Below, piece after piece: positions 46,480 to 55,845 of a stretch of 64,000 nucleotides of DNA; positions within the stretch are counted from its first letter, which is position 1, and each line of letters begins with the position of its first letter. Origin of the DNA: an uncultured Chloroflexia bacterium (GTDB lineage: Bacteria > Chloroflexota > Limnocylindria > Limnocylindrales > CSP1-4). The stretch spans positions 329,972 to 393,971 of the forward strand of contig CAVSKY010000001.1 of the NCBI GenBank assembly GCA_963728745.1. Reading direction: 5' to 3'. The position numbers were made by a program, and so were the translations under genes. The notes beneath the pieces are model-generated. The model made no database searches. It saw only the letters and a list, made by a program, of their open reading frames with translations, and was not told the DNA's origin.

Positions 46480-46514
46480 GCTTGACAAGCGCATGTCCAT
46501 AACCATATGGTTAT
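46480..46514 (+). promoter_or_regulatory. Promoter-like TTGACA-N17-TATGGT with perfect 20-bp palindrome CCATAACCATATGGTTATGG. Putative ArsR/SmtB operator.
   Basis: Palindrome at 46495-46514 read directly. It sits over the -10 region 7 nt upstream of the arsR ATG (46521). Confidence 0.55.
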
Positions 46515-46520
46515 GGAGCG

Positions 46521-46862
46521 ATGCAACACCAACTCGACGCCGTCTTCGGCGCACTCGCCGACCCAACCCGACGCGCGATCCTCGCGCGGCTGGCGGAGGG
46601 GGACGCGAGTGTCTTCGAGCTGACCGCACCGTTCGACGTCTCCCAGCCGGCGATCTCGAAGCACCTCAAGGTGCTCGAGGCCGCCGGGCTCATCTCGCGC
46701 ACGCGGAAGGCCACCGCACGACTCAGCCATCTCGAGGCGGATCCCCTCAAGAAGGCTACCGAGTGGCTCGTCGGCTATCGCGAGTACTGGGAGGAGAGCC
46801 ACGAGCGCCTCGACGCGCTGCTGGCTGCTCTCCAGGTCACCAGCAAGGAAAGGAAGCCATGA
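46521..46862 (+). CDS. arsR: ArsR/SmtB family transcriptional regulator
   Basis: LADPTRRAILARLAEGDASVFELTAPFDVSQPAISKHLKVLEAAGLI HTH. Confidence 0.88.
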   Translation: MQHQLDAVFGALADPTRRAILARLAEGDASVFELTAPFDVSQPAISKHLKVLEAAGLISRTRKATARLSHLEADPLKKATEWLVGYREYWEESHERLDALLAALQVTSKERKP

Positions 46863-47347
46863 TGGCCGCCACACAGATCGATGCTCCAGCCGCCCTTCCA
46901 TTCACAGAGATGACACGCGAGTTCGACGCCCCGCGCGACCTCGTCTTTCGCGCCTGGACCGACCCAGAACTGCTGGTGCAATGGCTGGGCCCGCGCAAGT
47001 ACAAGATGACGATCGAGCGCTGGGAGCCGCGCGACGGCGGCCGCTGGCGCTACGTCCACAGCGACGACGAGGGCAATGCCTACGCCTTCCACGGCGTGTT
47101 CCACGGGGACCAGACCCCTGACGGCATGCTCCAGACCTTCGAGTTCGAGGGTGCTCCAGGTCACGTATCCCTCGAGCGCCTCGTCCTCGAGGAGCACGAC
47201 GGCAAGACGCTCATGCGCAACCACTCCGTGTACCAATCGGTCGAGGCCCGCGACGCCATGATCGCCAGTGGCATGGAGGACGGCGTGAACGATGGCTTCG
47301 ACCGCCTCGACGACCTCCTCACTCGACTCCGCCAACCGGTGGCCTGA
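46860..47347 (+). CDS. SRPBCC superfamily protein (AHSA1 / activator of Hsp90 ATPase homolog-like)
   Basis: Classic ArsR-SRPBCC gene pair. FRAWTDPELLVQWLGP...ERWEPRDGGRWRY motif. Confidence 0.75.
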
Positions 47348-47348
47348 G

Positions 47349-47744
47349 ATGGACTACAAGCTTGAGCTCGTGCCGATCCCGGTCGCCGATGTCGACCGGG
47401 CCAAGGCCTTCTACAGCGAACGGGTCGGCTTCAATGTCGACGTCGACCATCAGCCCAGCGAGGAGTTCAGGATCGTCCAGCTGACGCCACCCGGCTCGGG
47501 CTGCTCGATCATGGTGGGGAAGGGGACGATCAACACGGCACCGGGTTCCGTGCAGGGCCTCCAGCTGGTCGTCGAGGACATCGAGGCGGCGCACGTCGAA
47601 TTGCGTGCTCGCGGTCTCGACATCGGACCGATCCGCCATTTCGAGAATGGCGAATGGTTCGACGGCAAGGGCGGCCGGTGGAATTCGTTCGCGTTCTTCG
47701 ACGACCCCGACGGCAACGGCTGGTCGCTCCAGGAACGCGGCTGA
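47349..47744 (+). CDS. VOC (glyoxalase / bleomycin resistance) family protein
   Basis: MDYKLELVPIPVADVDRAKAFYSERVGFNVD...FFDDPDGNGWSLQE. Confidence 0.75.
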   Translation: MDYKLELVPIPVADVDRAKAFYSERVGFNVDVDHQPSEEFRIVQLTPPGSGCSIMVGKGTINTAPGSVQGLQLVVEDIEAAHVELRARGLDIGPIRHFENGEWFDGKGGRWNSFAFFDDPDGNGWSLQERG

Positions 47745-47750
47745 TCGCGT

Positions 47751-48488
47751 ATGTCGCCAGAAGCGCATACGGCGCACGTGTTCGTCGAGCGGCTGGAGAC
47801 GCTCCGGTCGCCCGACGAGCTCGCGAAGTACGAGCGGTATTTCAAGACTGCGCCTGGCGACTACGCCGAAGGCGACACGTTCATGGGCGTGCGGATGGGC
47901 CAGGTCTTCGAGCTGGCCAAGGAGTTCGCCGACATGGAGCTTGACGAGATCGAGCGCCTCCTCGACGACCCCTACCACGAGGCCCGCGCCGGGGCGATGC
48001 GCGTCATGGCGACGCAAGCCCGCGGTAAACGAGCAACGGACGCGCGTCGCAAGGCGTTGTACGACCTCTACCTACGCCGTCATGACCGGATCGACAACTG
48101 GGATCTGGTCGACCTCGCCGCCTGGGACGTGGTCGGCCGCTGGCTCCTCGACAAGCCTCGCGACGTGCTCGACACGCTGGCAGGATCAGCGAACATGTGG
48201 GAGCGACGGACCGCGATCCTGGCAACGATGGCCTTCATCCGCGAGGGCGACGTGTCGACCACGCTGCATATCGCGGAGATGCTCCTCGGTGATAACCAGG
48301 ATCTCATCCACAAGGCGACGGGCTGGGCGCTTCGCGCCGCCGGTGATCGTGATCCGACGACGGTCCGGGCGTTCCTGGATCAGCATGCCGCGACGATGCC
48401 GCGAACGGCGCTGCGCTACGCCCTGGAGCATTTCGACGACGATGAACGAGCGCACTACATGGGCTCTAGAAAGGCGGCGACACGATGA
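47751..48488 (+). CDS. DNA alkylation repair protein (AlkD/AlkC-like HEAT-repeat glycosylase family)
   Basis: RYFKTAPGDYAEGDTFMGVRMGQVFELAK...NWDLVDLAAWDVVG...WERRTAILATMAFI pattern of the PF08713 family. Confidence 0.7.
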   Translation: MSPEAHTAHVFVERLETLRSPDELAKYERYFKTAPGDYAEGDTFMGVRMGQVFELAKEFADMELDEIERLLDDPYHEARAGAMRVMATQARGKRATDARRKALYDLYLRRHDRIDNWDLVDLAAWDVVGRWLLDKPRDVLDTLAGSANMWERRTAILATMAFIREGDVSTTLHIAEMLLGDNQDLIHKATGWALRAAGDRDPTTVRAFLDQHAATMPRTALRYALEHFDDDERAHYMGSRKAATR

Positions 48489-49009
48489 CCGATCGAGAAC
48501 CTGTCGAGACCAGGAACCTCGACCGCTATGGGAACGAGGCATTGCCGTGGAGCCGTCCGCGTGACCTGCTGGACGACATCGATCCGGCCGAAAACCTGAC
48601 ATGGTTCCTCGGCACGACCGGAACGGATGGGCGGCCGCATGCCGCCGGGGTGGGTGCCACGTGGCATGACGGCGACGTCTACTTCACGAGCGGCGACAGC
48701 ACCCGGAAGTCGCGCAACATCGCCGCCAACCCTGCTGCGTCGATCTCCGTGCGGCTGCCCGGGCTGGACCTGGTGTTCGAAGGCGAGGCGGTGCGCGTCA
48801 CCGACCGGCCGACCCTCGACGCACTGGCCAAGCGCTACAACGACGGCGGTTGGCCGACCACTGTCGACGGCGATGCCCTCACCGCTCCGTTCAGCGCCCC
48901 AAGCGCTGGGCCGCCGCCGTGGCAGCTGTACCGATTGCAGGTCGGCACGATCTACGGGGTCGCCGGTGAGGAACCGCACGGCGCGACGAGGTGGCGTTTC
49001 GGGCGCTGA
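48485..49009 (+). CDS. Pyridoxamine 5'-phosphate oxidase-like FMN/F420-binding split-barrel protein
   Basis: WFLGTTGTDGRPHAAGVGATWHDGDVYFTSGDSTRKSRNIAANP split-barrel signature. Confidence 0.65.
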   Translation: MTDREPVETRNLDRYGNEALPWSRPRDLLDDIDPAENLTWFLGTTGTDGRPHAAGVGATWHDGDVYFTSGDSTRKSRNIAANPAASISVRLPGLDLVFEGEAVRVTDRPTLDALAKRYNDGGWPTTVDGDALTAPFSAPSAGPPPWQLYRLQVGTIYGVAGEEPHGATRWRFGR

Positions 49010-49019
49010 CCGTCGGCGC

Positions 49020-49577
49020 GTGACGAGCGAGGTGCACCGGGTCCGGCAGGTGGCGACAGCCGACCTGACGTCGGCGGAGATCGCCGCGCTCCGCGTGCTG
49101 CTGTGGGCGGCGTTCCCACCGGGGGACGAGGAGGGCTTCACCGAGGAGGACTGGGAGCACGCGCTCGGCGGCATGCATTTCGTGCTCGAAGATGGCGGCG
49201 CGGTCATGGCGCACGCGTCGGTCGTGGAGCGTGAGATCCAGGTCGATGGCCGGCCGCTCCGCACCGGCTACGTCGAGGCCGTCGCCACCGACCCGGCGCA
49301 GCAAGGTCGGGGAATGGGATCGATCGTGATGGGGGCCGTGACCGAGCACATCTCGAACAATTTCGAGTTGGGCGTGCTCGGGACCGGGCGTCATCAGTTC
49401 TACGAACGGCTCGGCTGGTTCACGTGGCGCGGCCCGAGTGCTGTCCGGACGGCATCTGGGCCGGTTCCGACGCCCGACGACGACGGCTTCATCATGGTGC
49501 TACCGACCCGGACCTCGCCCCCGCTGGATCCTGCCTCGCCGATCTCGTGCGAATGGCGCCCGGGTGACGTCTGGTGA
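49020..49577 (+). CDS. Aminoglycoside 2'-N-acetyltransferase AAC(2')-like GNAT
   Basis: TEEDWEHALGGMH...GYVEAVAT...C-terminal CEWRPGDVW closely parallels mycobacterial AAC(2')-I (CDWRAGDVW). Confidence 0.75.
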   Translation: MTSEVHRVRQVATADLTSAEIAALRVLLWAAFPPGDEEGFTEEDWEHALGGMHFVLEDGGAVMAHASVVEREIQVDGRPLRTGYVEAVATDPAQQGRGMGSIVMGAVTEHISNNFELGVLGTGRHQFYERLGWFTWRGPSAVRTASGPVPTPDDDGFIMVLPTRTSPPLDPASPISCEWRPGDVW

Positions 49578-50965
49578 TGCCGGCCGAGGGCCTGCCATCC
49601 AGGAGCGCGACCGAGCTCGCCGTGCTGCTCCGAACGCGCCAGATCTCGTGCGTCGAGCTCGTCACCGCGTGCCTGGAGCGCATTCAGGAGGTGAACCCCA
49701 AGATCAACGCCGTCGTGCGGCTCGCCGAGGACGCTCAAGAGCAGGCTCGGGCAGCAGACAGGGACCTCGCTGCGGGCCGGATCGCCGGTCCGCTCCACGG
49801 CGTGCCGTTCACGATCAAGGACTCGTTCGATACCGCCGGTCTGGTCACGACCGCCGGGACCGTGGGATGGCGCGACCGCGTCCCCGACCGTGACGCGACG
49901 GTCGTCGCCCGCCTGAAGGCGGCCGGCGCGATCCTGCTCGGCAAGACGAACACGCCGGAATTCACCTGGTCCGACGAGACCGACAACGACGTCTATGGCC
50001 GGACATCGAACCCGTTTGACCTCGAGCGCACACCCGGCGGGAGCAGCGGGGGAGCGGCGGCCATCGTGGCGGCCGGCGGCTCGCCGTTCGACGTCGGGAG
50101 CGATACCGGCGACAGCATCCGTCAGCCGGCGCACGTCTGCGGCATCGCCGGCATCAAGCCGACCAGTGGGCGCGTGCCGCGCACCGGGCACTGGCCGTCG
50201 TACCAAGGCCTGTTCCAGTCGTTCACACAGCTCGGGCCGTTGGCGCGCACGGTGGACGACCTCGCGTTGGTCCTGTCGATCATCGCCGGTCCCGACGGCG
50301 AGGATCCGTACGTGGCGCCTGTGTCGCTGGGCGATCCCGATGCTGTCCGCGTGCGTGGCCTCCGCGTCGTGACCTTCGGTGACAACGGCATCCGGACACC
50401 GACCCAGGAGACGGTCGCCGCGGTCGAGGCGGCAGCCCGCGCCCTCGCCGATGAGGGGGCGATCGTGGAGGAACGGTTGCCGCCGAGCCTCGCGGACGCC
50501 TGGGCGGCATGGGACGGGCTGATCCGGGCGGATGGGTTCGCCTGGCTGCGCCGGCTGATCTCGGCCTCCGGCACACAGGGCATGGGCTCGTACGACACCC
50601 GCGGGTGGGTGACCGTCGGGTCTCCGCTGCCGGGCGACGAGCTGACGGCGCTCATCGAGCGAGCGGATGCGATCCGAGGCCGACTCGACGTCTGGATGCG
50701 GGACGTCGACGTCATCGTCTGCCCGGCGATGCCCCAGCCGGCGATCCGTCATGGCAAGAGCACCGCGGAGTGGTTCGGCGACACCTACAGCGACGTTCAC
50801 AACCTGACCGGGTGGCCGGCGGTCGTCGTCCGTGGCGGATCGTCGGCGGAAGGCTTGCCGATCGGCGTCCAGCTCGTCGCCGCCCCCTGGCGGGAAGACA
50901 TCGCCTTGGCTGCGGCCAGGATCGTCGAGGCGAGCTCCGGTGGTTGGCAGCCGCCGCCGATCTGA
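49574..50965 (+). CDS. Amidase signature family enzyme (GatA-like amidase)
   Basis: GGSSGGAAAIVAAG...GSDTGDSIRQPA amidase signature. Confidence 0.85.
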   Translation: MMPAEGLPSRSATELAVLLRTRQISCVELVTACLERIQEVNPKINAVVRLAEDAQEQARAADRDLAAGRIAGPLHGVPFTIKDSFDTAGLVTTAGTVGWRDRVPDRDATVVARLKAAGAILLGKTNTPEFTWSDETDNDVYGRTSNPFDLERTPGGSSGGAAAIVAAGGSPFDVGSDTGDSIRQPAHVCGIAGIKPTSGRVPRTGHWPSYQGLFQSFTQLGPLARTVDDLALVLSIIAGPDGEDPYVAPVSLGDPDAVRVRGLRVVTFGDNGIRTPTQETVAAVEAAARALADEGAIVEERLPPSLADAWAAWDGLIRADGFAWLRRLISASGTQGMGSYDTRGWVTVGSPLPGDELTALIERADAIRGRLDVWMRDVDVIVCPAMPQPAIRHGKSTAEWFGDTYSDVHNLTGWPAVVVRGGSSAEGLPIGVQLVAAPWREDIALAAARIVEASSGGWQPPPI

Positions 50966-50995
50966 CCGAAACAGCCGAGGCGTAGGCTGACCGGC

Positions 50996-51385
50996 GTGTT
51001 CGAAGGACTCGACTACGTGTACATGCCCAGCCGCGACGTGGCCACCGACGTCGCGTATTTCACCGACGTCCTCGGTGGCCGCCTCGTCTTCGCGATCGAT
51101 GGGATGGGCGCCCGCGTGGCGATGGTCGAGCTGACCGAGGGACCGCCGCGGATCCTGCTGGCCGACCATCTCGAGGGTGACCGTCCCGTGCTCGTGTACC
51201 GCGTCGACGACCTGAAACGGGCGAGCGACGAGCTCAGGGCGCGCGGTTGGGACGAAGGGCATGGGCTCGAGATCCCGCAAGGTCCGGTCCGATCATTCGC
51301 CGGTCCCGGCGGTCATCGCCTCGCGATCTACGAGCGCACCAGACCAGGCGTCGAGGCGAGCTTCGAGGGGCGCCGCGACTTCTAG
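50996..51385 (+). CDS. VOC / glyoxalase family protein
   Basis: 129-aa ORF, YVYMPSRDVATDVAYFTDVLGGRLVF N-terminal VOC-like strand. Confidence 0.55.
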   Translation: MFEGLDYVYMPSRDVATDVAYFTDVLGGRLVFAIDGMGARVAMVELTEGPPRILLADHLEGDRPVLVYRVDDLKRASDELRARGWDEGHGLEIPQGPVRSFAGPGGHRLAIYERTRPGVEASFEGRRDF

Positions 51386-52548
51386 GCTGCGTGCCAGCTG
51401 ATCGGCAGCGACCTCGGCTTGCGGAAGACGACGCCGGTCGGTGGCGTCGCGCCGTCGTCTAGTCGCATCCCGGGCCAGCCGTCCAGCGCGGCCTCGAGCG
51501 CGGCATGCGTCTCGAGACGAGCGAGGTGCAGGCCGACGCAGGCGTGCGGGCCCTGGGCGAACGTCAGGTGCGATCGCGCATTCGACCGCGAGATGTCGAA
51601 GGCGTCAGGGTCAGCGAACGTGGCCGGATCCCGATTCGCCCCCGTCAGCGAGACGATGACGAGGTCACCCCTGCGGATGGTGGCCCCGCCGAGCTCGACC
51701 TCGACCGTCGCGTAGCGATCGACCCGCGATGCTGCAGGTTCGAGGCGCAACGATTCCTCGACCGCGTTCGCGATCAGCGATCGATCCGCGAGGACGGCAG
51801 CCAACGCGCCCGGTGTCGAGAGCACGTGCCAGAACAGGGATGTGGTCATGCCTTCGCTGGTCTCGATGCCACCGAACATCATGACCGCTGCGTTCGACAC
51901 GACCTCGGACGGCCGCAGCGTGGCGGTCGCGGCCGCCAGGACACCGGAACCGCGGTCGATCGTCGCGCCGACGTGCCGATCGAGCGCGGCGAATGCCTCC
52001 GGCGCCCTCGGCCCGATCTCGCCACCGGCCGACACGCGATCGACGGCTGCCACGATCTCGTCATACCAGCCGAGCACCACGCTCGGCTCCACATCGAGCA
52101 GCTCGAGCGCTGCGGCGACGACGCGGACAGCCAGTGGGCCCGCCAGGTCGCGGCGGACCTCGGCATGGCCCTGCGGCGCGTGTCCCGCGACGATGCCACG
52201 AGCCTCCGCCTCCACCCGGCCGGCGAACCGCTCCATGACCTCGGGCCGCCGGAACGCTGCAGCGAACGGATCGCGATGGCGGCGATGCTCCTCACCGTCG
52301 AGCGACAGCATGCTCGGGCCGACGACCTGCGCCGTCGAGAAGCGCGGGTCGTCGACCGTGAACCGCTCGGCGTCGCGCATCACCTCGATGCACAGATCGC
52401 GACGACTCACGACCCAGCCATCGAGCGCGGACACCCACGACACGGGTTCCCGTTCCCGCAGCCGGGCCAGCGCCTCGTACGGTGCGACCTCGAGCTCCCG
52501 CAGGGTCAGCGCCGCGCCGAGTGGCGACTGCGACTCTCGCGTGCTCAC
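51382..52548 (-). CDS. Cytochrome P450
   Basis: Heme-binding loop FAQGPHACVGLHLARLE (FxxGxHxCxG). EXXR present. Confidence 0.88.
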   Translation of the reverse strand: MSTRESQSPLGAALTLRELEVAPYEALARLREREPVSWVSALDGWVVSRRDLCIEVMRDAERFTVDDPRFSTAQVVGPSMLSLDGEEHRRHRDPFAAAFRRPEVMERFAGRVEAEARGIVAGHAPQGHAEVRRDLAGPLAVRVVAAALELLDVEPSVVLGWYDEIVAAVDRVSAGGEIGPRAPEAFAALDRHVGATIDRGSGVLAAATATLRPSEVVSNAAVMMFGGIETSEGMTTSLFWHVLSTPGALAAVLADRSLIANAVEESLRLEPAASRVDRYATVEVELGGATIRRGDLVIVSLTGANRDPATFADPDAFDISRSNARSHLTFAQGPHACVGLHLARLETHAALEAALDGWPGMRLDDGATPPTGVVFRKPRSLPISWHAA

Positions 52549-52623
52549 ACGATGACTCTACCGCCACCGCTCGTAGCCCCATCGTCCGCATCCGATATTG
52601 CGAATCTGGCGTACCGTGAGTCG

Positions 52624-53346
52624 ATGCAGTCTGTGCGTGCGCAACGGTTCCTGGGCCTCGCTCTGGCCGGTCTGCTGCTGCTCGCACTGGCGCCGGCGGC
52701 CAGCGCAGCGACGCCCAAGGCGTTCCGCCTCGATCTCGGGGCGCGGTCGGACTACGTGGCGCAGACCAACCTCGTCCAGTGCGTCGGGGCGAGCATGCAG
52801 ATGATGCTCAACATGGTCCGCCCCGGGGCCGATCGCAGCGCGTCGACACAGCTCAAGCTGCAGCAGCTCGCCCGGTCGTGGAGTGGGCCATCACGAACCG
52901 GTCGCCAGCGCCAGGGCGCCAGCGTACGAGGCTGGGCCGCCGGGTTGACGATGATGGGCGGCGGCCCCTACCGCGTCGTCGGGCTGAAGACCATCGGGGA
53001 GGCGATGCTGACCGCGGCCAAGGCGATGCGGACGACCGGGCGCCCGGTCGGCTTGCTCGTGTGGCGCGGACGGCACGCCTGGGTCATGAGCGGCTTCCGG
53101 GCGACACGCGACCCGCTCCTGAAGGGTGCCAAGGTGACGTCGGCCATCGTCGAGGATCCGCTCTATCCGTACGGCGGCTCCACGGTGTGGGGTCCCAGCC
53201 CGAGGCCCGGCGCGACCCTGTCGATCGCCACGCTCGGACGACAGTTCGTGCCTCGTCGTCGGTCCTCGCGCTTCGGCTCGTTGGCCGGCATGTACGTCCT
53301 GGTCCTGCCGTTCGAATTCGACCAGCGCCTCCTTCGCCAGGAATAG
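52624..53346 (+). CDS. Hypothetical secreted protein (signal peptide)
   Basis: MQSVRAQRFLGLALAGLLLLALAPAASAATP signal peptide. Confidence 0.55.
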   Translation: MQSVRAQRFLGLALAGLLLLALAPAASAATPKAFRLDLGARSDYVAQTNLVQCVGASMQMMLNMVRPGADRSASTQLKLQQLARSWSGPSRTGRQRQGASVRGWAAGLTMMGGGPYRVVGLKTIGEAMLTAAKAMRTTGRPVGLLVWRGRHAWVMSGFRATRDPLLKGAKVTSAIVEDPLYPYGGSTVWGPSPRPGATLSIATLGRQFVPRRRSSRFGSLAGMYVLVLPFEFDQRLLRQE

Positions 53347-53351
53347 GCGCA

Positions 53352-53606
53352 GTGGGGTTCCTGCGCCGGATCCTCGGTGGCGGCGAGGCCGCAGCGGTGG
53401 ACGAACCGTCGTTCGAGCCTACCGACCAGGCCGCGCTCGACGCCGAGGAGCGCGCCCGCGACCTCCAGCTACTGCGCGATGAGCAGGCCCGGATGAGCGA
53501 GCTCACGCGTCGCCAGCTGCGCTACGCGGACCACGCCTGGCGTCCTCCTGACCAGGGCGGGGAACGGCGTTCAGGCGACGAGGGCGATCCTAGCGACGTC
53601 GCCTGA
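53352..53606 (+). CDS. Possible small hypothetical protein (84 aa, charged)
   Basis: GTG start 6 nt after the upstream stop. No motif. Confidence 0.3.
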   Translation: MGFLRRILGGGEAAAVDEPSFEPTDQAALDAEERARDLQLLRDEQARMSELTRRQLRYADHAWRPPDQGGERRSGDEGDPSDVA

Positions 53607-53958
53607 CGGGACCGCTCACGCGATCGATGAGCTGCAGGAGCTCATGCGCGGCGAGCTCGATCTCCTTGTGGCGCCATTCCGCGGCGCGGAAATGACAGGC
53701 GATGATGCCCGAGCGATGGATCCGCCGGAAGTCGCCGTACACGAAGGCGTAGCGGGCCTTGGTCGCATCGTTGGCACCCTCGGTTCGCCCCAGATGCCAT
53801 TCCGCGTAGTCGTCCCAGCTGTGCTTCGCGAGGTAGGTATTCTCGTCGTCGGCTGTCGGCTGCGCTTCACCCCAGTCGCTGTCGAGCACGTACTGGCGGG
53901 CACGGATGAGCCGCTCCGCGTGGGCGACCGCCCGGGCATCGACCGTGTACCTGGCCAT
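53590..53958 (-). CDS. Hypothetical protein
   Basis: 122-aa ORF with coding-like GC3. No motif recognised. Confidence 0.45.
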   Translation of the reverse strand: MARYTVDARAVAHAERLIRARQYVLDSDWGEAQPTADDENTYLAKHSWDDYAEWHLGRTEGANDATKARYAFVYGDFRRIHRSGIIACHFRAAEWRHKEIELAAHELLQLIDRVSGPVRRRR

Positions 53959-54001
53959 CGGGATCCAGTATGGGCGCCGATGCCCGTTACCATCTTCGGC
54001 G

Positions 54002-54622
54002 ATGGGTATCGCGCCGCTCCCGAGCTCGATCGCCGGCCTGCCGATCCCGCAGGATCCGGTCTCCGCGGCGACCTGGCGGTGGGCACAGGCGAGTCTGCCC
54101 AGCTACCTGCTGGCCCACTCGGTCCGCTCGTACTGCTGGGGTGCGGAGATCGCTGCCTGGGAGGGGCACACGTTCGACGCGCAGATCCTCTGGACCGCGG
54201 CGCTGTTCCACGATGTCGGCCTGACTCGGATCCCGCGCAACACCATGTGTTTCGAAGTCGAGGGGGCGGAGATCGCGCGCGAGTTCCTGGAGCAGAACGG
54301 CATTACTCCCGACGCAGCCGATCGGGCGGCCATCGCCATCATCCTCCACATGCAGCCGGGCGTGACGCTGTCGGACGGCGTCGAGGCACTCTTGCTCGAT
54401 CGCGCGACTGCGATCGACGTGAGGGGCGTCGACTACGACCTCATCGGCCGCGTCCGTCGCGGCGTGGTCCGCAAGCACCCGCGTGGCGCATTCGACCGAC
54501 ACTTCCTCCGCGCGATCCAGCGTGAGGCCGCTATGCGCCCCACCTGCCAGAGCGCCCGTCTCTTGAACGACGGCGACCTGGCTGGGTCGATGGTGCGCTC
54601 CCCGTGGGCGGTCGGCGCATGA
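54002..54622 (+). CDS. HD domain metal-dependent phosphohydrolase family protein
   Basis: LLAHSVRSYCWGAEIA...AALFHDVGL (H...HD motif). Confidence 0.7.
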   Translation: MGIAPLPSSIAGLPIPQDPVSAATWRWAQASLPSYLLAHSVRSYCWGAEIAAWEGHTFDAQILWTAALFHDVGLTRIPRNTMCFEVEGAEIAREFLEQNGITPDAADRAAIAIILHMQPGVTLSDGVEALLLDRATAIDVRGVDYDLIGRVRRGVVRKHPRGAFDRHFLRAIQREAAMRPTCQSARLLNDGDLAGSMVRSPWAVGA

Positions 54623-55845
54623 CGCGCTACACGGCACCCGGCGCCGTCTTCGAGGAACGCGAGCACAATGTCCCGCTCGATCACGCGCGGCCTGACGCCG
54701 AGCGCATCACCGTCTTCACACGCGAGGTTGCCGCGCCCGACGGCCTCGATCGTCCGTACCTCGTCTTCCTGCAGGGCGGACCGGGCTTCGAGGCGACACG
54801 ACCCACGAGCCCGCCCACCGGTTGGATGAAGCGTGCGCTGCGTGACTACCGGGTGCTGCTGCTCGATCAGCGTGGGACCGGTCGCTCCACGCCGGTCGGT
54901 GCCGACATCCCTGGTGACACGCCAGATGCGCAAGCGGCGTATCTCACCCACTTCCGCGCCGATTCGATCGTGCGCGACTGCGAATCGATCCGCCAGGAGC
55001 TCGGCGTCGATCGCTGGAGCGTGCTCGGCCAGAGCTTCGGCGGTTTCACGTCGATGACCTACCTGTCGATCGCGCCCGAGGGCCTGCGCGAGGCATACCT
55101 CACAGGTGGGCTGTCGCCGATCGGCCGCCCGGTCGATGACGTGTATGGGGCGACATATCGGCGCCTGATCACGCAGAACCACAAGTACTTCGAGCGCTAT
55201 CCGGGCGACCGTGCCCGCGTCGATGACATCGTCCGACGACTGGACGACGAGGACGTCCGGCTGCCGAACGGCGACCGCCTCACCGCACGACGCTTCCGCC
55301 AGCTCGGCATGTGGCTCGGCGATAGCGCGGGGTTCGAGCTGCTGCATCACGTCATCGAGCTGCCGTTCGGCTCGTTGGCGTTCCTGCACGACGCCTGGGC
55401 TGGTCTCAAGTTCGAGCGGAACCCGATCTACGCGACGCTCCATGAGTCGTCGTACGCGGATGGCGTTCCGACGCGCTGGTCGGCGCATCGGCTCTTACCC
55501 GACGAGATCGTCGCCTCGGGCTATCTGACGGCTGAGCATGTCTTTCCCTGGATGTGGGAGGACTACGGCGGGCTGCGCGGACACCAGGCAGCGGCCGACC
55601 TGCTTGCCGACCATCCGTGGCCCGCGCTCTACGACGCCGAGCGCCTGCGGCACAACGAGGTACCCGTCGCGGGGACGATCTATGTCAACGACCTGTATGT
55701 GGAGCGGGACTTCGCCGAGGAGACCGCAGCGACGATCCGGGGGTTGCGCACCTGGCAGACCGACGAGTACGAGCACAACGGCTTGCGCGCGGACGGCGAG
55801 CGGGTCCTGGATCGGCTCATCGATCTCGTGCGGGGGCGTGCGTGA
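54619..55845 (+). CDS. Alpha/beta hydrolase (S33 proline iminopeptidase-like)
   Basis: YLVFLQGGPGFE...LLDQRGTGRST...GQSFGGFTSMTYL (GxSxG nucleophile elbow). Confidence 0.8.
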   Translation: MTRYTAPGAVFEEREHNVPLDHARPDAERITVFTREVAAPDGLDRPYLVFLQGGPGFEATRPTSPPTGWMKRALRDYRVLLLDQRGTGRSTPVGADIPGDTPDAQAAYLTHFRADSIVRDCESIRQELGVDRWSVLGQSFGGFTSMTYLSIAPEGLREAYLTGGLSPIGRPVDDVYGATYRRLITQNHKYFERYPGDRARVDDIVRRLDDEDVRLPNGDRLTARRFRQLGMWLGDSAGFELLHHVIELPFGSLAFLHDAWAGLKFERNPIYATLHESSYADGVPTRWSAHRLLPDEIVASGYLTAEHVFPWMWEDYGGLRGHQAAADLLADHPWPALYDAERLRHNEVPVAGTIYVNDLYVERDFAEETAATIRGLRTWQTDEYEHNGLRADGERVLDRLIDLVRGRA

